Positions 8,361 through 15,700 of a stretch of DNA of 15,700 bases are shown here, in pieces; position 1 is the first letter of the stretch, and each line of letters starts with the position of its first letter. The stretch comes from Anaeromyxobacter sp. (GTDB lineage Bacteria; Myxococcota; Myxococcia; Myxococcales; Anaeromyxobacteraceae). The notes beneath the pieces are model-generated. The model made no database searches, was not told where the DNA came from, and was given only the letters and a program-made list of their open reading frames with translations. The position numbers and the translations under genes are program-made. Location of the stretch: NCBI GenBank assembly GCA_049840735.1, contig JASGJN010000018.1, positions 1-15,700 on the forward strand, given 5' to 3'.

Positions 8361-9588
8361 CTAGTAGTCGTACCCGCGCTCCTCGTGCGCGGTCAGGTCC
8401 AGCCCCATCACCTCGTGCTCCTCGTCCACGCGGACGCCTGCGGTGAAACGGTCGGCGAGCCTGAGCGAGAGCCAGGTGAGGCCGGCGGACCAGGCGGCGG
8501 TCACGCCGCAGGCCAGCAGCTGCACGCCGAGCTGGCGGGCCACGTCCACGTCCTGGCTGCCGCCGAACGCCTTGGCGGCGAAGGCGCCGGTCAGGATCGA
8601 GCCCACCAGCCCCCCCACGCCGTGCACGCCGAAGGCGTCGAGCGAGTCGTCGTAGCCCATGCGCCGCTTGAGCGAGGTGGCGCCCACGAAGCAGACCAGG
8701 CCGGCCACCACGCCGATGGCGAGCGCGCCGCCGGCGCCGACGTAGCCGGAGCCGGGCGTGATGGTGGCGAGGCCGGCCACGGCGCCGGTGATGATGCCGA
8801 GCACGCTGGGCCGCCCGTTGCGCCGCCACTCCACGAAGAGCCACACCATGGCGGCGGTGCCGGCGGAGATCTGCGTCACCACCACCGCCATGCCGGCCTG
8901 CCCGTCGGCGCGGAGCGCGCTGCCGGCGTTGAACCCGAACCAGCCCATCCACAGCATGCCGGCGCCGACCACGGAGAGGGTCAGGCTGTGCGGGAGCATG
9001 GGGGTGTGGGGGAAGCCCTTGCGGTGGCCGACGTAGATGGCGGCCACCAGCCCGGCGACGCCGGCGGTGACGTGCACCACGATGCCGCCGGCGAAGTCGA
9101 GCGCGCCCAGCTGCTGCAGCCAGCCGCCGCCCCACATCCAGTGGGCCACGGGCACGTAGACCAGCAGCGACCAGAGCGCGGTGAAGAGCAGCATGGCGCT
9201 GAAGCGCACGCGCTCGGCGAAGGCGCCGATGATGAGCGCGGGCGTGATCACGGCGAAGGTGAGCTGGAACATGGCGAAGACGGACTCGGGGATGTCGCCG
9301 ACCAGCGTGTCGCGGCCGATCCCGGCCAGGAAGGCCTTGCCCAGGCCGCCGATGTAGGGCGCGCTGGCGGGGTCGGGGTTGGGGGCGAAGACCAGCGAGT
9401 AGCCGACCGCGATCCGAGATCACGGTCACCAGCGCGGTGATGGAGAAGCACTGCATCAGCACCGAGAGGACGTTCTTGGTGCGGACCAGGCCGCCGTAGA
9501 AGAGGGCCAGCCCCGGCAAGGTCATGAAGAGCACCAGGGCGGTGGAGGTGAGCATCCAGGCGGTGTCGCCGGTGTTGAGCGTGTTCAT
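8361..9588 (-). CDS. amtB: Ammonium transporter, apparent +1 frameshift near 9416
   Basis: N-terminus GDTAWMLTSTALVLFMTLPGLALFYGGLVRTKN. The second frame has FQLTFA, ERVRF, DFAGGIVVH, GWFGFNAGS, DDSLDAFGVHG. Removing one C in ATC-TCGG-ATC restores VI-W-IAVGYSLVF. Confidence 0.95.
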
Positions 9589-9612
9589 GGCGGGCTCCGT
9601 GGCGTGCGAGGG

Positions 9613-10722
<1,110 letters not shown>

Positions 10723-10987
10723 CTACTTCGCTCGCGTCACGTACCGCAGCCGCAGGTCGGTGAGCAGGTTCTCCATGAACCGCTCCTCCTCGACGCTCAG
10801 GTTGCCGCGGGTCTTCTCGCGGAGCAGGTCGAGGATGTCGATGGTCTGCTTCGCCAGGTCCAGGTTGGCGGGCATGGGCTCGCCGGTCTCCGGGGTGCGG
10901 CGCCTCGCCGAGGTGCACGAACACCGAGGACGCGAGCGAGACGATGAAGGTCGTGAAGTCGATGGTGGGCTGGCCCTGATCGGACAT
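10723..10987 (-). CDS. DUF1844 family protein (~87 aa), apparent +1 frameshift near 10892
   Basis: IDFTTFIVSLASSVFVHLGEAPHP, then in the next frame ETGEPMPANLDLAKQTIDILDLLREKTRGNLSVEEERFMENLLTDLRLRYV. EKTxGNL is characteristic of the family. Confidence 0.85.
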
Positions 10988-11004
10988 GACGAGCTCCTGC
11001 TTCC

Positions 11005-12405
11005 CTAGTCGAACTGGAACGCGATCCGCTCCGCCGCGTAGCCGCGCTGCACCAGCACCACCAGCCGGCCGCTGCGGCGCGCGTGGGCGGCGGCCTTCTG
11101 GAAGGCGGGCACGGTGGCGACCTCGGCCGAGTTGACCTCGCGGACGAGGTCGCCGGGCTGCAGGCCGTACTCGGCGGCCGGGGAGTCGCGGACCACGCGC
11201 CGGACCACCAGCACCGTCCCGCCGCGCACCTTCTCCTCGCCCACCACGATGCCCACCCGCTGCGCCACCAGCTCGGCCGCGCGCGCCGGCGTGAGCTCCA
11301 CGGCCCGCACCGTCACGCCGCGCCGCTGGCCGCCGCGCAGCAGGTCCAGCCTGGCGGTCCCGCCGATGGCCAGGTCGCGCACGCGGAAGCGGAACTCCTC
11401 GGCCCCCTCCTGCAGCGCCTGCCCGTCCACCGCCTCCACCACGTCGCCGCGGGCCAGCCCGGCCTGCTCGCCGGGCGAGCCGGCGTCCACCGCCACCACC
11501 CGCACGCCGGCCGGCGTCCGGCTCACCTCGCCCTCGCGCGGCGGCAGGTCGGCCACCGAGATGCCCAGGTAGCCCTCGCGCACCTCGCCGTGGGCGATCA
11601 GGTCCTCGGCGATGCGCAGCGCGCGGTCGATGGGGATGGCGAAGCCGATGCCGGCGTTCCGGTCGCCCAGGATGGCGGTGTTGACGCCGATGAGCCGGCC
11701 GTCGATGTCGAGCAGCGGGCCGCCGGAGTTGCCGGGGTTGATGGAGGCGTCGGTCTGGATGAAGTCGAAGAGGACCCGGTCGTCGCTCTTGAAGTTGCGG
11801 TGCACCGCCGAGACCACGCCGGTGGTGACGGTGTGCGCCAGGCCGAAGGGGTTCCCGATGGCAATCACCGTCTCGCCGATCATCAGATCCTCCGACGAGC
11901 CGACCGGCACGAACGGGAGCCGCTCCTTGGTCTCCAGCTTGAGGACGGCCAGGTCGGAGGATGGATCGGTGCCGACCACCTTGGCCAGGAGCTCGCGCCC
12001 GTCCAGCAGCCCCACGCGGAGGCGCGCGCCGCGCTCGACCACGTGGTTGTTGGTGAGCACGTACCCCTCGGGCGAGACGATCACGCCCGAGCCCAGCGAG
12101 GTGACCGCGTAGCCCTTGCGGTAGCGCGGCTTCTCGAACAGGTCGCCGAACATCAGGTCCTGCATCGTGTTCGCGCGCGAGGGCACGCGGATGCGGACCA
12201 GCTCCTCGGCGGAGACGTTGACCACCGCGCCCCGGACCTTCTCCACGGCCGCCACCACCGGCGTGCGGCGGTTGGCGGAGGGGCGCGACTCGGCGCGCGG
12301 GAGGGCCGGGTTCGCCGCGCGCGCGGCGGGCGCCAGCGAGAGCAGGCTCGCCAGCGCCAGCGCCGCGCGGGCCAGGACCGGGTGGGCCTGGGACCGCAGG
12401 ATCAC
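11005..12405 (-). CDS. HtrA/DegP-like trypsin serine protease with two PDZ domains
   Basis: Signal peptide (LARAALALASLLSLAPAARA), GSGVIV, TNNHVV, DLAVL, GNPFG, QTDASINPGNSGGPL and two PDZ regions. Probable GTG start at 12405. Confidence 0.93.
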   Translation of the reverse strand: MILRSQAHPVLARAALALASLLSLAPAARAANPALPRAESRPSANRRTPVVAAVEKVRGAVVNVSAEELVRIRVPSRANTMQDLMFGDLFEKPRYRKGYAVTSLGSGVIVSPEGYVLTNNHVVERGARLRVGLLDGRELLAKVVGTDPSSDLAVLKLETKERLPFVPVGSSEDLMIGETVIAIGNPFGLAHTVTTGVVSAVHRNFKSDDRVLFDFIQTDASINPGNSGGPLLDIDGRLIGVNTAILGDRNAGIGFAIPIDRALRIAEDLIAHGEVREGYLGISVADLPPREGEVSRTPAGVRVVAVDAGSPGEQAGLARGDVVEAVDGQALQEGAEEFRFRVRDLAIGGTARLDLLRGGQRRGVTVRAVELTPARAAELVAQRVGIVVGEEKVRGGTVLVVRRVVRDSPAAEYGLQPGDLVREVNSAEVATVPAFQKAAAHARRSGRLVVLVQRGYAAERIAFQFD

Positions 12406-12660
12406 CGGCTGCGGGACGTCGCCGCCCGTGGCAGGCGCGGCCTCGACGGCCGGCTCGTCGTCCTCCTCCTCGTCGATGTCGTCCAGGTCGTCCTCGTCGT
12501 CGAGGCCGTTGATGGACGCCTCGATGGGGAGCGCCTGGTCGGCCAGGTCGGGGAGGGACTTCAGGTGCTTCTCGTAGTCCTTCTCGTCGAGGACGCCCTT
12601 GCGGACGTACCGTTGCGCGACGCGCTTGTCGACGAGCTTGTTCTCGATCGGGTCGGCCAT
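12402..12660 (-). CDS. Small hypothetical protein with acidic tail (~85 aa); fused in frame to the protease as sequenced
   Basis: MADPIENKLVDKRVAQRYVRKGVLDEKDYEKHLKSLPDLAD followed by a D/E tract. It sits in front of an internal signal peptide. Deleting one G from CCGGTGATC gives CCG-TGA with a GTGA overlap. Confidence 0.7.
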
Positions 12661-12742
12661 GGGTGCTTTCGTTCTGGGGAGGCGGGAGGCGGAAAATAGG
12701 CGCCGCCTTGCGGTGCCGTCAAGCGCGTGTTACCGAGGCGGC

Positions 12743-13414
12743 ATGCCCGTTTGCGAGGCCGAGGCCCCTGCGCGGCGCGCGAGGCTCGGCGGGCTCTACG
12801 TCATCGTGGGTGGACCTGACCCGGTAGCCCGGGCCGAGGCGGCGCTGGACGGCGGCGCCCGGGTGGTCCAGGTGCGGCTGAAGAACGCCCCGGCGGGCGA
12901 GATCCTGGCCGTGACGCGGCGGATCGTGACGCTGGCGGCCGGCCGGGCGCTGGTGATCGTCAACGACCGGGCCGATCTGGCGCTCCTGGCGGGGGCCGAC
13001 GGAGTCCACCTGGGCGACGACGACCTGCCGCCGGCCGAGGCGCGCAAGCTCCTGGGGCCGGACCTGCTCATCGGCCGCACCACCCGCACCCTGGACGAGG
13101 CCCGGGCGGCGCTCGCGGCGGGGGCGGACCATGTGGGCTACGGTCGCATGTTCGGCACCCGCTCCAAGGTGATCGACGCGGCGCCGCGCGGCCTGGCGGC
13201 GCTCCGCGCGCTGTCGGCGGCGCTGCCGGCGCCGGTGGTGGCCATCGGCGGCGTGGGGCTTTCGACCGTGGCCGAGGTGGCCCGCGCCGGCGCCGCCTGC
13301 GCCGCGGTGATCGAGGCCGTCTTCGGCGCGCCTCACCCGCGCGACGCGGCCGCGACGCTCGCGGCGGCCTTCGAGGCAGGGCGCCTGGCGCGCGCCCGGG
13401 AGACGACGCCGTGA
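12743..13414 (+). CDS. thiE: Thiamine phosphate synthase
   Basis: LYVI, VQVRLK, IVNDRADLA, ADGVHLGDDD, TRSK, VAIGGV. Confidence 0.93.
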   Translation: MPVCEAEAPARRARLGGLYVIVGGPDPVARAEAALDGGARVVQVRLKNAPAGEILAVTRRIVTLAAGRALVIVNDRADLALLAGADGVHLGDDDLPPAEARKLLGPDLLIGRTTRTLDEARAALAAGADHVGYGRMFGTRSKVIDAAPRGLAALRALSAALPAPVVAIGGVGLSTVAEVARAGAACAAVIEAVFGAPHPRDAAATLAAAFEAGRLARARETTP

Positions 13415-14127
13415 ACCGACGCCCTCGCATCGGCGTGACCCTGGACGCGGACGCCGACGGCCGCCGCTACGCGCTGCCGGCCAGCTACGTGGAGGCGGTG
13501 CTGGCGGCGGGCGGCCTGCCCATCCTCGTGCCGCACGGACCGCCGCCGGTGGCGGCCGCCTACCTGGCGCTGCTGGACGGCCTGGTGGTGACGGGCGGCG
13601 CCTTCGACGTGCCGCCGGAGCTCTACGGCGAGGCGGCGCGCGAGGTCTGCGGGCCGCTCAAGCCGGAGCGGACCCGGGCCGAGAAGGAAATCCTGGAGGC
13701 GGCCCTGGCGGCGCGGCTGCCGGTGCTGGGCGTCTGCGGCGGCATGCAGCTGCTCAACGTGGTCCAGGGCGGCACGCTCCTGCAGGACCTGCCGGCCGAC
13801 GCCGGGATCGGCGGCCACGAGCAGCCGGCGCCCAAGGACGTGCCCACGCACGAGGTGCGGGTGGCGAAGGGGACGCTGCTGGCCCGGCTGGTGGGGCCGG
13901 ACCCGCTCCCGGCCAACTCCACGCACCACCAGGCGGTGAAGGAGCCGGGCACCGGCGTGCTGGTGAGTGGCCGGACGGCCGACGGCGTGGTGGAGGCCAT
14001 CGAGTTGCCGGACCTGCCCTTCGCGCTGGGCGTGCAGTGGCACCCGGAGGCGGTGGCGCGCCACGACGCGCGCCACGCCCGCATCTACGCCGGACTGGTC
14101 GAGGCCGCGCGGAGCGCGCTGCGGTGA
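13411..14127 (+). CDS. Peptidase C26 / gamma-glutamyl-gamma-aminobutyrate hydrolase (PuuD-like class I glutamine amidotransferase fold)
   Basis: DGLVVTGG, nucleophile elbow LGVCGGMQ, NSTHHQAV, GVQWHPE (Cys-His-Glu triad). Confidence 0.92.
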   Translation: MNRRPRIGVTLDADADGRRYALPASYVEAVLAAGGLPILVPHGPPPVAAAYLALLDGLVVTGGAFDVPPELYGEAAREVCGPLKPERTRAEKEILEAALAARLPVLGVCGGMQLLNVVQGGTLLQDLPADAGIGGHEQPAPKDVPTHEVRVAKGTLLARLVGPDPLPANSTHHQAVKEPGTGVLVSGRTADGVVEAIELPDLPFALGVQWHPEAVARHDARHARIYAGLVEAARSALR

Positions 14128-14881
14128 AGCGCGCCCCGCGCGTGCTGGTGGTGGCCGGGCTCAATCCGTCCGGCGGCGCGGGGCTCCTGGCGGACGCCGA
14201 GGCGCTGGGCGCGGTGGGGGCGCTCCCCTGGACCGTGGCGGCGGCGCTGACCGCGCAGGGGCCGGGCGGCGCGCGCGGCTTCGTGGCCACCTCGCCGGCG
14301 TTCCTGGAGGCGCAGCTGGACGCGCTGCTGGGCGGGCGGGAGCGTGCACGGGCCGTGAAGACGGGCATGCTGGCGGACGGCGGGCTGGTGCGCGCGCTGG
14401 CGGCGCGGCTGGGCGAGCGCGCGCTGGCGCGGCTGCCGCTTGTGGTCGACCCGGTGCTGGCGGCCTCCTCCGGCGCGCCGCTGGTGGGAGAACCGGCGGG
14501 CGGCCGCCGGGTGAGGTGCTGGCGCCGCTGCTGGCGCGGGCGCGGCTGGTCACGCCCAACCTGCCCGAGCTGGCGGCGCTCACCGGGCTGCCCGTGGACG
14601 ACGACGCTGCGGCGGTCCGCGCGGCGCGCGCCTTGCCGGCGCGGGCGGTGCTGGTGAAGGGCGGCCACCGCCCGGGCGCGCCGGTGGACCTGCTGGTGCA
14701 GGGGCGGCGGGTGACGCGGCTCACCGGCCGGCGGCGCAGCTGGGACGCGCGCGGCACCGGCTGCCGGCTGGCCTCGGCCGCGGCAGGGCTGCTGGCGCAG
14801 GGCGCGTCGCTGGAGGAGGCGGTGCGCGGCGCGAAGCGGGTGGTGGAGCGCTACCTGGACGCCTCGCGGCCGCGGCGCTGA
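14124..14881 (+). CDS. thiD: Hydroxymethylpyrimidine/phosphomethylpyrimidine kinase, apparent frameshift near 14485-14510
   Basis: First frame has VAGLNPSGGAGLLAD, LTAQG, VKTGML, VVDPVL. Second frame has LVTPNLPE, VLVKGGH, RGTGC. GTGA overlap with the upstream gene. Length 3n+2. Confidence 0.88.
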
Positions 14882-15041
14882 CCGACCCCCGCGCGCGGGT
14901 CCCCTCGCGGGCAGCTTCGTCCGGCGGAGCCCTGATTGCGGGCTGCGAAAGAACGAGCGCTCCTGCGGCGGCCGGCGCAGCCCGTGCGGCCAGCGCGGGG
15001 GAGGATCACGCGCAGCGCAGGCAGGACGTGTAGGTCGATCG

Positions 15042-15057
15042 GGGCATGCCGCCTGCA
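15042..15057 (+). promoter_or_regulatory. Candidate sigma-54 promoter of the SRPBCC gene
   Basis: GGGCATG-CCGC-CTGCA has GG-N10-GC spacing, close to TGGCACG-N4-TTGCA, ~48 bp before ATG 15105. Confidence 0.45.
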
Positions 15058-15104
15058 ATCCCCCTGGAGACGGGCTCCGCAGGCCCGACCGTGGGGAGGC
15101 CGTG

Positions 15105-15540
15105 ATGGAGAAGATCCAGCGCTCTGTGATGATCGACGCGCCGGTGGAGCGCGTGTACGGGTACCTGACCGAGCCGGGGCACCTGCCCGGCATCTGGCCC
15201 TCGATGGTGGAGGTGCACAACACCCGCGTCGCCGCCGAGGGGGCGCACCACTTCGACTGGACCTACAAGATGGCTGGCGTCCGCTTCCACGGGCACGCCG
15301 ACACCGTCGAGGCCAGGCAGAACGCGCTGCGCGTGGACCGCAACGAGGGCGGCATCCCCAGCACCTTCCGCTGGCAGTTCGCCGAGCGCGGCGGGGCCAC
15401 CGAGGTGAGCCTGCAGGTCGAGTACGAGCTGCCCACCTTCGGCATGCTGCTGGCGCCCATCGTGAAGCTGGCCAACCTGCACGAGAACCGAGACGCTGCT
15501 GCAGAACCTCAAGAAGAAGGTCGAGAAGCTGGAGGTGTGA
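15105..15540 (+). CDS. SRPBCC (START/polyketide cyclase-like) family protein, apparent +1 frameshift near 15486
   Basis: Not in the ORF track. GGAGG RBS, then MEKIQRSVMIDAPVERVYGYLTEPGHLPGIWP...WQFAERGGATEVSLQVEY. Removing one A in GAGAACC gives the C-terminal helix ETETLLQNLKKKVEKLEV and stop. Confidence 0.88.
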
Positions 15541-15700
15541 GCGGGCGGCGTGGGGCCCGAGGGAGACCCACGCGCGGAACGTCGTGCCAGGACATCAGGC
15601 CGCGGAGGCCTGAGCGTACGCGCCAGGCCCCCGCCGCTCCAGGGGGCGCGCATCAGGTGCTGTTCGGATTCTATCGTGTTTCCCTATTAACCTTCACGAT

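Noticed and set aside
8361..8446. Convergent overlap of the oxidoreductase with amtB
   Set aside because: The tail is low-complexity and crosses a terminator-like hairpin. The stop was probably lost near TGGGAG at 8261.
8361..9588. amtB, thiD, DUF1844 and SRPBCC as true pseudogenes or programmed frameshifts
   Set aside because: Each has a single indel with intact motifs and no canonical slippery heptamer. The pattern is window-wide and best explained by sequencing error.
12661..12742. TPP riboswitch upstream of thiE
   Set aside because: Only ~80 bp of divergent spacer, with no CTGAGA/CCTGA core motif.

Overview
A very GC-rich bacterial chromosomal segment. Gene content and style suggest Myxococcota, Anaeromyxobacter-like (inference). 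It is mostly core metabolism. In order: an N-terminal lipoprotein fragment, a secreted hypothetical protein, an SGNH/GDSL hydrolase, bioA-bioD (one continuous ORF), a small hypothetical gene, a three-gene CUT2 sugar ABC transporter with a divergent Gfo/Idh/MocA oxidoreductase, glnK-amtB, a ~770 bp non-coding region, a small acidic protein-HtrA-DUF1844 operon, thiE-peptidase C26-thiD, and an SRPBCC gene. At least five genes carry clear small frameshifts, mostly one extra base. The two apparent fusions (BioA-BioD, acidic protein-HtrA) each resolve into ordinary separate genes if one base is removed, so uncorrected long-read indel error is the likeliest cause. The most interesting real signal is the region 9952-10722. 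It holds a sigma-54-like promoter, 4-5 NtrC-type 17-bp boxes (the four best centred on GGATC), a ~100-nt hairpin flanked by degenerate direct repeats, and a possible mobile-element terminus. I found no clearly novel multi-gene system, CRISPR array, tRNA or rRNA.
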